Shown: positions 13,491 to 28,900 of the stretch, in pieces
How positions within the stretch are numbered: the first letter of the stretch is position 1
How the letters are laid out: the number at the start of each line of letters is the position of its first letter
Origin: Eledone cirrhosa
Lineage: Eukaryota
Direction of reading: 5' to 3'
Length of the DNA stretch: 64,000 bases
Assembly (NCBI GenBank): GCA_964016885.1
Contig: OZ024766.1
Location: 17,794,001 to 17,858,000, forward strand
Program-made: the position numbers and the translations under genes
The notes under the pieces: generated by a model
Seen by the model: the letters and a program-made list of their open reading frames with translations, nothing else
The model's database searches: none
Told to the model about the DNA's origin: nothing

Positions 13491-16400
13491 TATGTATACA
13501 TATATATAAATGGAGGCACATGGCTTAGTGGTTAAAGCACTTGCCTTGCAATCGAAAGGTTGTGAGTTCAATTCTCAGCCCGGGTGATGTGTTGTTTCCT
13601 TGAGCAAGGCACTTTATTTCACATTGCTCCAGTTTACTCAGCTGTAGAAATGAGATGATAGGGACCACTGCAAAGTGGCCGTGGAGGTGACATGGCAAAA
13701 AAAGCACCCAGCACTCACTGTAAATGTGGTTGGTGTTAAGAAAGGCATCCAGCTGTAGAAAACCTGCCAGACAGTCCTGTACGAGCAAGTCAACCAATCT
13801 TGCCTCAAGTGGGACAATTCCCGTCTAAACCCATGCTAAACGATGATGTAAATGTTATGAGGTAAAGCCTTTAATGTAAATGCTAAAGGATTAATAACCA
13901 GATGGTTGTTTATTTGTCAAAGCTTTTTCATGACACATTCTTTGACCATCTGACTAATTTATTGGTTATCTTTTTGTGTGTGTGGGCTGTGCATGCATTA
14001 TATCTGAGTGTTTTTATTTATACATTTATTTACTTGTTGCTTATTCTGTGTGTCTGGTTTTTTTTATTGAGTGTCTATGTATGTCTTTAGTTTGTCCTTA
14101 ATTAGTTTGGTTCTTGAGTGTCTGTGTGTCTTTAGTTTGGTTCGTGTGTGTCTCTGTATGTTTTTAGTTTGGTTCGTGTGTGTCTATGCGTGTCTTTAGT
14201 TTGGTTCTTGAGTGTCTGTGTATGTCTTTATCTTGTCCTTAATTACTTTGGTTCTTGAGTGTCTATGTATGTCTTTATCTTGTCCTTAATTAGTTTGGTT
14301 CTTGAGTGTCTATGTATGTCTTTATTTTGTCCTGAATTAGTTTGGTTGTTGTGTGTCTCTGTATGTCTTTATTTTGTCCTTAATTAGTTTGGTTCTTGAG
14401 TGTCTCTGTATGTCTTTATTTTGTCCTTAATTAGTTTGGTTCTTGTGTGTCTCTGTATGTCTTTATTTTGTCCTTAATTAGTTTGGTTCTTGAGTGTCTA
14501 TGTATGTCTTTAGTTTGTCCTTAATTAGTTTGGTTCTTGTGTGTCTGTCTTTAGTTTGTCCTTAATTAGTTGTGATGTTGCTATTCCATGTTTAATTCTT
14601 TATTTTGGCTACTCCCGAACAAACTTGCTGAACACAAACCTTTTTCTTTCTTGCAGGTAATGATGGCAAGGAGAAAGATGGTAAAGGTATGAATTTGTCT
14701 CTTGCTAAGCAAGTCGACCTCTCTCTACTTATAATTAGTTCAGGTAACGGCTTTCTTCTGTTGAGGCCGTTACTAACGACTATAATTACTTAGTATTTTA
14801 AAGGATATTTAAAGAAAAAAAGTGAAGAAAAAATTGGTATTTTGTATCCCAACAACTAGTAGTTAACTTTCACATGTATATATATATATATATTTGTACG
14901 TATGTCTATATATATATATATCTATATAAGCACATGTGTGTATATATAGTAAATGTTTTATTTAGTGTTCCTAGTCAGTCTTTTAAATTTGTTGTTTAAT
15001 ATATATTTATACTCATATATATATATATATATATATATATACATTTGTTCATACACAGAACTATATATATTTATTTATATATATATATATATGTGTGTGT
15101 GTGTCTAAATATATATACATTTGTTCATACACAGAACTATATTTATATATATATATATATATATGTCTAAATATAAATATATAATAAAGATGTTGCTACT
15201 TAGTTATGTCTATAGATGACATAACTTTGATGTCTATTATAATAATTGTTCCAAAGCTATCTTCTGTAATTCTCATTTTTATATTTTCAGTATGCAAGAT
15301 ATATTTTCTGTTGCAATGGAAATATAACCCCTCCACGCCATTCCTTGTGTGATTGGCTGTTTTTGTTGTACTGGTGCTCAGCTACGATAAAATGTCGACA
15401 ATTTATTTGTCTTCATCCCAGTAGTGGCTGTACGCAGTTTATTTTTTTTTTTTATCAGTTTTTTTTTTCATATACCAAAAAGAAAAAGGAGGAAAAAAAA
15501 CTCTCAAGACAAATGACGGCTCCCCTTGAAAGTTTTTCTGCAACAAAACATGGATAAGGGCGGTGCCCGCCGCTGTCTCTCTGCCCCTTTCTCTCTTTGT
15601 TTTGCAAACAAAAGTACAGCTCTCAGTAGTGGCTTGGTTTTGTTCTAATGATAATAAATAATGGTAGTTTAGGTCAATTTAATAACCTAGTAACTATACT
15701 ATGTTGTTGAAGAATTCAGTCCATCCCGTCCCCTTAAGTTGATGCCTTTGTGGTGTGGAGGTTTCTTCAAGTTTCCCCATAACATTTGCCCTGCACTGAT
15801 CTGATATTAGGGCAGCAATGGACACCCTGTTGGCTATTGGTGCTATTTTAGGCCTAATGTTGTTTACTGTTTGGCAGGGTGGAGCGGTGTGTGGAACAGA
15901 GCCAGCATTTGGTTTTGTCTGCTGGTGGGCTGGGTAGCTTTTGTTTTTGATTTAAACTGTTTTCTATATATGTATATATATTATGTGTAATGTCTGAAAG
16001 AAGCAATATAGTGTCTTAAATCCCCCCCCTTCAACTGAAGCACACAAATTTTGATTAGAGGTCACAGTCAATTTTCTACAATACAAAATTATGTATAGTT
16101 AATGTCCATTTACCCTGCTATATATATATATATATGGAGGCACATGGCTTAGTGGTTAGAGCATTGGCCTTGCAATCGAAAGGTTGTGAGTTCAATTCTC
16201 AGACCGGATGATGTGTTGTTTCCTTGAGCAAGACACTTTATTTCACATTGCTCCAGTTTACTCAGCTGTAGAAATGAGATGATAGGGACTGGGGTCCCTA
16301 TCATTCCACTGTAAAGTGGTCGTGTAGGTGCCACGGCAGAAAAACACCCAGCACTCACTGTAAAGTGGTCATGGAGGTGCCACAGCAAAAAAGCACCCAG

Positions 16401-19400
16401 CACTCACTGTAAAGTGATCGTGGAGGTGCCCCGGCAAAAAAGCACCCAGCACTCACTGTAAATGAGGTTGGTGTTAGGAAGGGCATCCAGCTGTAGAAGT
16501 CAAGAAGCCAGAACCAGTTCCCGTCCCACCCTTGCAACCAGGGAAAAGCGGACGTAAAATGATAGATATATATATATATGCCAATAAGGTGAAGCAGATG
16601 GTAAATATATTGTACGTTATGTATATAGGGGGAAATAAAAATGTATTTTGGTTCGGAATCCTGGGTAGATGCTTAAGGGTTGTTCCCCAAGTGGAACAAA
16701 AACTAATTTTGTAAACCCACATCTCATGTATTGCTTCTTTTATACCATCACACACTTGTTTGACATTGAGGAATACATAATTCTTTTTTTCCCTTTTATA
16801 TATATGTCTGTTTGTTTGTATGTATATATAGTCGATAATATTGAAGACAGTCACTCTTCATTTAGCGACCCTGTTCAGTTTCCTAGACCTGCTCGAGAAA
16901 TGAGTTACGTTGGGCTGGTAGGTTTCTGTTTTGATGGGCTGATCAAAATCATTATTATAATAAAGGGGCGTGGGGGTGGCAGTATCGGTAGAGGGTCGGA
17001 CGCCATGCTTTCCAGCATAGTTACGTTCCAAGGGTGGTTTTTCTGCTAATATCTTTTAAGATAAAAAATAAATGGAAACAATAATGGACGTGATTGGAAA
17101 CCTCATGCTGCAGTGGAACTTCATCAGATCAAGGAAACTATTTCTAGTGGTCTTTCCAATTGTTGTTACAATCCATTGGTGACAACCCCTGGCAGAGAGC
17201 GTAAAAGGTTTAACACTATGCCTACAAAGCATTAAATATTAGCGTCTTTAAACCGGTTATATCCGGCTAGAATCCTCTCTCCTCTTTCTGTTCAAACTGG
17301 TTGTAACTGGCTGCTTATGCCTACATTAAGGTATTACTCTGAATCAGATTCGATATTATGTAAGATAAAGCCTTTACCATGAAACTACAATAGTAAATAT
17401 AGAGTAATGCTAATAATAACTGTATTTCTAATTAAATCTATTTTATTTAATGAAGAATTTTGAGGAATGTACTAAAATTATTTCATTACTAGGATAGTAA
17501 CTTAACCATTTAGTATTTATTCCGGTGAGAACTCCTTTGTTTAAACTAGCTCTAGCTGGTCGTTCACACTTATACTAAGGTATTCTCAAAATAAATATCA
17601 AAATCTCGTAAATTCGATATTATGTGAGATAATTGTGTAAGATAGAGCCTTTACTGTGAAAATACAATGCTAAAGGGTTAACGTAAAGGTTCTTATATAA
17701 AATTTAGATTTTAATTTAAAATGGGGCGTTTTATTTCGTAGAAACGGAGCTGGTTTTGGCTGGGTTGGTAAGTAAAGGATTAACACACGTGTACTTGAAA
17801 ATGTTTTGTGTGAGAGCCATGGTCGGTAAACGAGGTGTTCGTTAAGTGAACGGTGGCTGAATTAATATATAAATGTATGTAATCATATTTCTCTCCCTAG
17901 CAGTAGCAGTGTAAGTAACTGAAGCCCCTTCTGAAAAAAACCTTAATTTTAATTCTACATCATTTGCAGCCTTGGAAGATTTATTGAATAATATTGTTAG
18001 AATTATTTCTTTATGATTATTAATATAATGTAGTGTTCAAAAGAAGAGGTACTCTAATTTGAAAATAGCTCCCCCTTTTTTTTTCTCTCTCTCAAATTTG
18101 GCCTGTCCAAATCCTTTAGAACCCTAATACTTCAGGGGAAAAAAGAAAAAAAAAAAAAAAAAAAATTAGAATAGTGAATATTTTTAGAGACCCCCATTTT
18201 TTCAGGCAAGTATTTCTTGTGGGGGTCTATATCATATTAGCATATAATGTAGGTTAAGCTTGTATATATACTCTCTCTTTCTCTGTATCTCTGCTCTATA
18301 TATTTGACCTGTCCAAACCCATGCTTTTGTAAGAAACCTAGAGCTGAGTTCCAATTTATGCTTACCTCTTACTAGTTATGTGGAAGAAATTATAATAAAA
18401 TCTGCCCCCTAAAAAAAGAAGAAAAACCCAATGATAATATCAACCCATTTGGTTCTTCCCCAAACTTTTCCACATCTTCAGTAAATTTAATATTTCTGTT
18501 AGAAGTGGTAAAACGTATCTAATGTTGGAGCTGGTATTTTTGTAGTGGCTGTGAAAATATATGGTCTTTGTTGCATTTTTACTGTTTGAGGGCAAAATTG
18601 TATGTATTTCTACTTTACAAAAACTGGAATGACATAAAGGGCCGACTGATTCCTTCCCCTGCTTGTGAGATTTTAGACTTACTAAAGTAAATTTATTCAC
18701 CGACTTCTAGTTTCTCTGACTGTCGGTTTGGATCTGCCGAAGCACACTTTATTTATTATATTTTTTTCCATTTCCTTATACATGTGTGTCTCATGTGTAT
18801 ATATACATACTCACATATGTGTGTATTGTATTGAATTATATTATCTCAAATATGTTAGTTTGGTGTTTTGTTTTTCAACACCTGTATCCTTACTTGCTTC
18901 TATATATTATATATATATGTATATATATACATACATATATATATATCTATCCTAGGTGGGTTTTATATATATAGATATTAATATATATATATATGCCCGT
19001 ATTTTTTTTGCTGGGGGGCGGTAGTAATGATTTCTTAAGGTTGTGCCAGTTATTCAGCACAGCTCGGACAAACCAAAGCACCGGAAGTGTATCAAGTTTT
19101 GACCTGTCTATTCCAGTTTTTGCTGAGCTACCCCTGGAGGAGAGAGGAGTTTCTTCTCTACCTTCGGATTCTGTGTATATATATGTAATTCTTTTTTTTT
19201 AAATCCCAGAATTTAAAAAAAAAAATTATAACAAATTCTAATATATATATATGAAATTGTTTTTTACTGTCTTGGCAGGAGAAAGTAGCACGCTTATAGA
19301 GCTATTACTGACACTCTCTTGTACAGTAATAATGATTATGATTATTATTATTATTATTATTAGTATTTTGGGTGTCAGTGGGGGTTGATGTGGCCTCTCG

Positions 19401-22400
19401 GCTTCGATATACCCCTGTCTGAACACACAAAAAAAGCCTGATTTAAATGATGTTGTCACTATATATATATTTATGAGCATATAAATATATGTATATATAT
19501 TTATATCTCTTAATCTCTACATATGCATTGCATCTTCGTCTCGTTGGATGATGATGGCGATGATATGATGATGATGATGATGTGATTATCAGATCTGTCT
19601 CTCCCCACAAATACGTTAAGCACCTGGCATTTTCAGGGGCCAAGAAAGACTACTCCCTGTATGTCAACAATGTTCCACAAGGAGTCTCGGTAAAGGAGGT
19701 TCAAGCCTTGTTCCCGCAAGCCAGAAACGTGGTGATTCCACTTAATGAGGAAGACCAGAACCAGGGGTAATTGTCAATCAAACTTGCGTATATATTTATA
19801 AATATAATCTCTCTATCTATCTATATATATATATAAATATAATTATTATATATATACCATTTTTTAACAGTTTTTTTCTCCTCCTTCTCCTTTCCCACTC
19901 CCTTCCACCATGATGCTGTTTCTGTTTTGGTGGTGTTGGTTGCAGTTGTATCTAGCTGCACCACATCGCAAACAATTGCCTAAACATCCTCTATATATAT
20001 ATATATATCTATATATACATCTTTGTATATAGTTTTATATATACATTTTTATAAAATAGTGGGGTTTCTTTGTCGATATATATATCTACATATACATCTG
20101 TGTATATAGTTAGTTTTATATATACATTTTTATAAAATAGTGGGGTTTCTTTGTCGATATATATATCTACCTACATATACATGTGTATATAGTTAGTTTT
20201 ATATATACATTTTTATAAAATAGTGGGGTTTCTTTGTCTCTCTATATATATCTGCATATACATCTGTGTATATAGTTAGTTTTATATATACATTTTTATA
20301 AAATAGTGGGGTTTCTTTGTCTCATCTGTGTATATAGTTAGTTTTATATATACATTTTTATAAAATAGTGGGGTTTCTCTCTATATATATCTACATATAC
20401 ATCTGTGTATGTAGTTAGTTTTATATATACATTTTTATAAAATAGTGGGGTTTCTTTGTCGATATATATATCTACATATACATCTGTGTATATAGTTAGT
20501 TTTATATATACATTTTTATAAAATAGTGGTTTCTTTGTCGATATATATATATCTACATATACATCTGTGTATATAGTTAGTTTTATATATACATTTTTAT
20601 AAAATAGTGGGGTTTCTTTGTCGATATATATATCTACCTACATATACATGTGTATATAGTTAGTTTTATATATACATTTTTATAAAATAGTGGGGTTTCT
20701 TTCTCTCTATATATATCTACATATACATCTGTGTATATAGTTAGTTTTATATATACATTTTTATAAAATAGTGGGGTTTCTTTGTCGATATATATATCTA
20801 CATATACATCTGTGTATATAGTTAGTTTTATATATACATTTTTATAAAATAGTGGGGTTTCTTTGTCTCTATATATATTTACATATACATCTGTGTATAT
20901 AGTTAGTTTTATATATACATTTTTATAAAATAGTGGGGTTTCTCTCTATATATATCTACATATACATCTGTGTATATAGTTAGTTTTATATATACATTTT
21001 TATAAAATAGTGGGGTTTCTTTGTCGATATATATATCTACATATACATCTGTGTATATAGTTAGTTTTATATATACATTTTTATAAAATAGTGGGGTTTC
21101 TTTGTCGATATATATATATCTACATATACATCTGTGTATATAGTTAGTTTTATATATACATTTTTATAAAATAGTGGGGTTTCTTTGTCTCTATATATAT
21201 TTACATATACATCTGTGTATATAGTTAGTTTTATATATACATTTTTATAAAATAGTGGGGTTTCTCTCTATATATATCTACATATACATCTGTGTATATA
21301 GTTAGTTTTATATATACATTTTTATAAAATAGTGGGGTTTCTTTGTCGATATATATATCTACATATACATCTGTGTATATAGTTAGTTTTATATATACAT
21401 TTTTATAAAATAGTGGGGTTTCTTTGTCGATATATATATATCTACATATACATCTGTGTATATAGTTAGTTTTATATATACATTTTTATAAAATAGTGGG
21501 GTTTCTTTGTCGATATATATATCTACATATACATCTGTGTATATAGTTAGTTTTATATATACATTTTTATAAAATAATGGGGTTTCTTTCTCTCTCTCTC
21601 TATATATATATACATCTTTGTATATAGTTTTATGATGATGATGATATACATGTGTATATAGTTAGTTTTATATATATATTTTTATAAAATAGTGGGGTTT
21701 CTTTCTCTCTATATATATCTACATATACACCTTTGTATATAGTTAGTTTTATATATACATTTTTATAAAAGGGGGTTTCTTTCTCTCTATATATATCTAC
21801 ATATATATCTTTGGATATAGTTAGTTTTATATATACATTTTTATAAAATAATGGGGTTTCTTTCTCTCTCTCTATATATATATATCTGCATATACATCTG
21901 TGTATATAGTTTTATATATACATTTTTATAAAATAATGGGGTTCCTTTCTCTATATATATATCTACATATACATCTGTGTATATAGTTAGTTTTATATAT
22001 ACATTTTTATAAAATAGTGGGGTTTGTTTCTCTCTATATATATCTACATATACATCTGTGTATATAGTTAGTATTATATATACATTTTTATAAAATAATG
22101 GGGTTCCTTTCTCTATATATATATATATCTACATATACATCTGTGTATATAGTTAGTTTTATATATACATTTTTATAAAATAGTGGGGTTTTATTTCTCT
22201 CTATATATATATCTACATATACACCTTTGTATATATATTATATATACATTTAAAAAATAATAATGGGTTTATTTTCTCTCCCTCTATATATATTTCTACA
22301 TATACATCTCTCCGTCTATATATGATATATACAGTTTTATCTCTTTCTATTTATTTATACACACACTCTCATAAATATATTTATCTTTGTCTATAAATCT

Positions 22401-22568
22401 ATATATTAGTATATATACCCATACATACACTTACAGGCTATATATAGTTTAACATAGCTATATACACATACATACTTTTAGATTATTTTTCAGTTTACCA
22501 TATATATATACACACACTTACATGCTATATATACACATACATACTTTTAGATTATTTTTCAGTTTACC

Positions 22569-22607
<39 letters not shown>

Positions 22608-22918
22608 TACACACTTACAGGCTATACATAGTTTAACATAGGTATATACACATATACTTTTAGATTATTTTTCAGTTTACCATATATATATATATAGGTA
22701 TATACACATACATACTTTTAGATTATTTTTCAGTTTACCATATATATATACACACATACACACACACGCACACATACTTTTAGGCTATATCTCAGTCAGT
22801 CCATACCCATATGGTGTATATTGTATAGCTGGTGTATCAAGTGTCATCTCACTCTAGTCCTTCTCTTGTAAAGTTTCTTTCTCACTGTTAGCTCATTAGC
22901 TATGTTACAACCCCTTGG

Positions 22919-22949
<31 letters not shown>

Positions 22950-25900
22950 TTCTTTCACTTAAAAATTGTAATTTTACCCAGAGCATGTAATAGGCTTAGT
23001 TGTGATAATAGCTAAAATCTGGGAAATTATTATTTATTTTTTTTCTTTTATATGGTCATTTTATGGAACCCTAAATTCGTCACTGTAGCAAGTGTTTATA
23101 TATGTATAAAAAAAAAATTCGTTAATTTAGCAAACTAATTGCTGGGGGGGAAAAAAATGTTTTTCTTTAAATCAGTATATATATTTTTTTTTTTGCCTTA
23201 GCAACCATTTATTTTGACTACTTCCCTCCTCTCTTTCTATCCCTGTTCAATATGTAAATAATTTGGTGCTGGTTTTTGAATTGGCTTAATTGTTGATTGG
23301 TCAACTTAAACAATTTACTTTTGTCACTTTGTCTGTCAAATATATTAACTCATTTTGATACCAGACTGCTTGAAAGCTTCTCCTGGCATTGTTTAATTCT
23401 TAAAGTATTTGGTTATAAAAATAAATTTTAAAGCTACTAAAATTCCTGATTTTCAAAAGCATAGATATTCTTTCATTATAATATGGTAATGAAAGGGTTA
23501 AAAACGTTCCTTTATTCAGCTTCAAAATAATTATATTACTAAATTTTAAAAACTCTTTCGTTTGAAATATGTTTATATTTATCTAAAAAACCATACATCA
23601 TAATTTTATGTAAGAACCTTTGTTCAATTAGGAATGTTAGCGAAAGGGTTAAAGTGTTCATATTTATCTAAAATAATTTGATGTAAAAACCTTTAGGTTA
23701 TGGTCCAAACGCCAAATACATTGTCTTTTCATTATAAATATGTTAATGAAAGTGTTGGTGTTTAGATTTATCTAAAGACCTTCCTTTAACCAGCTTTAAA
23801 ATGAAGTTATATTACTAAATTTTTAAAACTATAGGCAGTGTTTAGATTTATCTAAAGACTTTCCTTTGAAGTGAAGTTATATTACTAAAATGTTAAAACT
23901 TTATAGTGTTTATATTTATCTAAAGACCTTCCTTTTAAAGTGAAGTTATATTACTAAATTCTTAAAACTTTAGTGTTTATATTTATCTAAATGTAAGAAC
24001 CTTCATGTTCCTTTAGAAATATGGTAATGAAAGGTTTAGAAGAGATGTATGCCTGTTGAATATTTGTGAAGTAATATTTTAAGGCCTTTGATTGTAAATT
24101 TTTTAATTAGTTTAGTAAAAAAAATAAATACAAAAAACTAATTTCTTTAAATCTATGCAAATTTTTGGTAATTTTCAAAATTAATTGTAATGAGGGAAAT
24201 TAATATATTAAACGATAAATATGGTAATGAAATGGGTTAATATATATTTTGTGGCTTGCTGACCCGAAATCTTTTCCTTTCCTTCCCCAACTTCTGTCCT
24301 ATCACTGCTTGTTAAATAAATATATAATGACTTAATACAATGATGTCCTCTTCTTCCCCACCTGCTGTGTGTTTTCTATAGATATGCCCTGGTGGAGTGC
24401 CATTCTCTCCAAGAGGCCGAAACAATGTTGGCTGAGAGTAAGGAGCTGAAGTTAAAGGATAATGTACTCACATGTGATCTCATCTCCCATAATTCTAAAG
24501 ATGATGGTAAGTTTTGGGATTTTTCATATTACCTTCTCAAGTTCTTCCCTATCTTTGTCGTCCCTGCTAGCCCTGTTATGCCCTTAGCATTTACATTACA
24601 TGGAGGCACATGGCTTAGTGGTTAGAGCATTGGCCTTGCAATCGAAAGTTTGCGAGTTCAATTCTCAGACCGGGTGATGTGTTGTTTCCTTGAGTAAGAC
24701 ACTTTATTTCACATTGCTCCAGTTTACTCAGCTGCAGAAATGAGATGATAGGGACTGGGGTCCATATCATTCCACTGGGCATGGAGGTGCCACGGCAAAA
24801 AAGCACCCGGCATTCACTGTAAAGTGGTCATGGAGGTGCCACAGCAAAAAAGCACCCAACACTCACTGTAAATGAGGTTGGTGTTTGGAAGGGCATCCAG
24901 CTGTAGAAATCAAGCCAGAATCAGTTCCTGTTCCACCCTAGCTTCCTCTCTTTCACTGTCTATCCTTCTCTGCTGTATTGAAACCTGGAGGGATGGGCTC
25001 CACCAGGTTTTAAGATGCCCTAGAAATCTATGTCAATATGGCACCTGTACGACTTAGGTAGCCATAGATGTTGACAATGGGGTTGGTTGAAGTAAAGACC
25101 CAGGTTTTGTTGTATGACTTAGGTTGACGCAGGGGTTGGTTGAAGTAAAGACCCAGGTTTTGTTGCTTGTTTTATGGACTGTTGTATGACTTCGGTTGAC
25201 ACAGGGGTTGGCTGGTTGAAGTAAAGACCCAGGTTTTGTTGCTTGTTTTATGGACTGTTGTATGACTTCGGTTGACACAGGGGTTGGCTGGTTGAAGTAA
25301 AGACCCAGGTTTTGTTGCTTGTTTTTTGGACTGTTGTATGACTTAGGTTGACACAGGGGTTGGTTGGTTGAAGTAAAGTAAAGACCCATGTTTTGTTGCT
25401 TGTTGTATGACTTAGGTTGACACAGGGGTTGGTTGGTTGAAGTAAAGTAAAGACCCATGTTTTGTTGCTTGTTGTATGACTTAGGTTGACACAGGGGTTG
25501 GTTGGTTGAAGTAAAGTAAAGACCCAGGTTTTGTTGCTTGTTTTATGGACTGTTGTATGACTTAGGTTGACACAGGGGTTGGTTGGTTGAAGTAAAGACC
25601 CAGGTTTTGTTGCTTGTTTTATGGACTGTTGTACGACTTCGGTTGACACAGCGGTTGGTTGAAGTAAAGTAAAGACCCAGGTTTTGTTGCTTGTTTTTTT
25701 CTTTTTTCTGTACAGATGATAAGAAATCCAAGAAACACCAGAACAACCAGCAAAACAAAAAGGGCCGCTTTTCAAACAGTCAGAATCGTCGCAACCATCA
25801 AATGAATAAAAAGGGTATGTGAAGAAAAGAGCTTTTCCTTTATATTGTGGAGGTGCATGGCTTAATGGTTAGGAATTGACTGATATTTAATGTGGTGTAG

Positions 25901-28900
25901 TCTTGCATCTTCCATGCGCATGGCATGTCCATACCAGCGCAGTCCACTCTCCCGTACACTAGTTTCTCTCTCAACTAGTCTATGCTTGGTCCTTCATGCA
26001 CATTGACATTGCACAGCCATCGGAGCATGCTTGAGCTTCATTTCTCTTTGCATATCTGCAGTTGCTGCCCATGTCTAACTACCGTGCAGCATGGCGCTTC
26101 TCACACAGGCATCGTATAACCGACCTGTAAAAGGAGTTCCACTGAAGCAGGTAGATAAGTTCATGTAGCTCGGGGTTGTGTCCACAAGTGATGGAAGGTA
26201 GGGGGCTAAATTATGTGCACGGATTGCAGGAACTGGTGCAGTAATGTTACCTTCGGCATTCAGTAATCAGAAGGGGGGTAGACGTAAAAGCTAAACTCGC
26301 TATCTTCAATTCTGTATTCGTGTTAACCGTTACCTGTGATGATGAATGAATGAATGAATCTTGGGTAACGGCTGAAAGTATGTGATTACGAATGCAAGCA
26401 GCTGAAATGTGGGTCCTCCGAAGGATCTTTGGGGTAACGTAGACCAGAAAGTTGCTCCAGGCAGAGGCACTACTCCGATACTATGTGCATGTGGTTAGAA
26501 CGTCTCAGGAAAGAATCACTGGAGAGTCACTCCAGGTAGAGCTGCTACTTCTCTGAATTGAGAGATCACAGCTCTGATACTATGGACATGTGGTTAGAAT
26601 GTCTCGGGAAAGAATCACTGGACAGATTTTGCAGTCAAGATGGCTGGATAACATCCATGAGCTTTGGCTGGTCTCACTTAGGGATCCGGTTGGAGATGGT
26701 TGCTTGTGAGAGGACCTCTTGGACGGAGCTTTTGAGGACTCGGTGGACCCCCTCCCCCAATCGTCTCAGGACTAAGTGGGCGAAGAGGTGTATATAGTGA
26801 TGACACTAGTGCCAAGCTGTCTCTGTCTTTTCCTGTGATAACATATATTGCTGGACAGATTTTACAGGGGACCCCAAGCAAGATGATTGGGTAACATCCA
26901 TGAGCCTGACTGGTGACATTTGGGGGCGGTTGCTTCTGGGAGGAGTGTTTGAGGACTCTGTTTTTCCTCCCCCCACGGCCCTCTCATGTCCCTTTTACTG
27001 TCACCATCTGATCTCTCTACTACCCACTATATCTCCCTACCTCTACCACCCCTCTTGGAGTTTGTTTTGCTGTCACCCTCTCTGATATCTCCCTACCTCT
27101 ACCACCCCTCTTAGAGTTTGTTTTGCTGTCACCCTCTCTGATATCTCCCTACCTCTACCACCCCTCTTGGAGTTTGTTTTGCTGTCACCCTCTCTGATAT
27201 CTCCCTACCTCTACCACCCCTCTTGGAGTTAGTTTTGCTGTCACCCTCTCTGATATCTCCCTACCTCTACCACCCCTCTTAGAGTTTGTTTTGCTGTCAC
27301 CCTCTCTGATATCTCCCTACCTCTACCACCCCTCTTGGAGTTTGTTTTGCTGTCACCCTCTCTGATATCTCCCTACCTCTACCACCCCTCTTGGAGTTTG
27401 TTTTGCTGTCACCCTCTCTGATATCTCCCTACCTCTACCACCCCTCTTGGAGTTTGTTTTGCTGTCACCCTCTCTGATATCTCCCTACCTCTACCACCCC
27501 TCTTAGAGTTTGTTTTGCTGTCACCCTCTCTGATATCTCCCTACCTCTACCACCCCTCTTAGAGTTTGTTTTGCTGTCACCCTCTCTGATATCTCCCTAC
27601 CTCTACCACCCCTCTTAGAGTTTGTTTTGCTGTCACCCTCTCTGATATCTCCCTACCTCTACCACCCCTCTTAGAGTTTGTTTTGCTGTCACCCTCTCTG
27701 ATATCTCCCTACCTCTACCACCCCTCTTAGAGTTTGTTTTGCTGTCACCCTCTCTGATATCTCCCTACCTCTACCACCCCTCTTAGAGTTTGTTTTGCTG
27801 TCACCCTCTCTGATATCTCCCTACCTCTACCACCCCTCTTAGAGTTTGTTTTGCTGTCACCCTCTCTGATATCTCCCTACCTCTACCACCCCTCTTGGAG
27901 TTTGTTTTGCTGTCACCCTCTCTGATATCTCCCTACCTCTACCACCCCTCTTAGAGTTTGTTTTGCTGTCACCCTCTCTGATATCTCCCTACCTCTACCA
28001 CCCCTCTTAGAGTTTGTTTTGCTGTCACCCTCTCTGATATCTCCCTACCTCTACCACCCCTCTTAGAGTTTGTTTTGCTGTCACCCTCTCTGATATCTCC
28101 CTACCTCTACCACCCCTCTTAGAGTTTGTTTTGCTGTCACCCTCTCTGATATCTCCCTACCTCTACCACCCCTCTTAGAGTTTGTTTTGCTGTCACCCTC
28201 TCTGATATCTCCCTACCTCTACCACCCTTCTTGGAGTTTGTTTTGCTGTCTCCCTACCTCTACTACCCCCTGTATCTCCCTACCCCTTTTGTTGTGTGTT
28301 TTATTGTACCTACTATATCTGCCCACTATCTTACCCATCTCTGAAATAATGTTTTATAGATACTTCTTTTTCAGGCAAGAGGCCACAACAAATGCAGCAG
28401 ATGCAACAACGCAAGCAGAGATGGTCTCCTGACAGAAGGCAGCAGGGAAGGAAGGTAAGTTGAAGTTGTGGTGGTTGTGGTAGTGGTGGTGGTAGTCTTT
28501 GATTCTATTGTACTGGTTGATGTGGTGGTGGTGGTAGTCTTTGATTGTGTTGTGGTTGTGGTAGTGTCTTTGATTCTATTGTACTGGTGGTGGTGGTGGT
28601 GGTAGTCTTTGATTGTGTTGTGGTGGTAGTGTCTTTGATTCTATTGTACTGGTTGATGTGGTGGTGGTCGTGGTAGTCTTTGATTGTGTTGTGGTTGTGG
28701 TAGTGTCTTTGATTCTATTGTACTGGTGGTGGTGGTGGTGGTAGTCTTTGATTGTGTTGTGGTGGTAGTGTCTTTGATTCTATTGTACTGGTTGATGTGG
28801 TGGTGGTCGTGGTAGTCTTTGATTGTGTTGTGGTTGTGGTAGTGTCTTTGATTCTATTGTACTGGTGGTGGTGGTGGTGGTAGTCTTTGATTGTGTTGTG

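Noticed and set aside
17080-17230. Possible H/ACA RNA ending in ACA
   Set aside because: No ANANNA hinge and a weak second hairpin.
26797-26910. C/D box pair GTGATGA...CTGA
   Set aside because: No convincing terminal stem, and it overlaps LINE-derived sequence.
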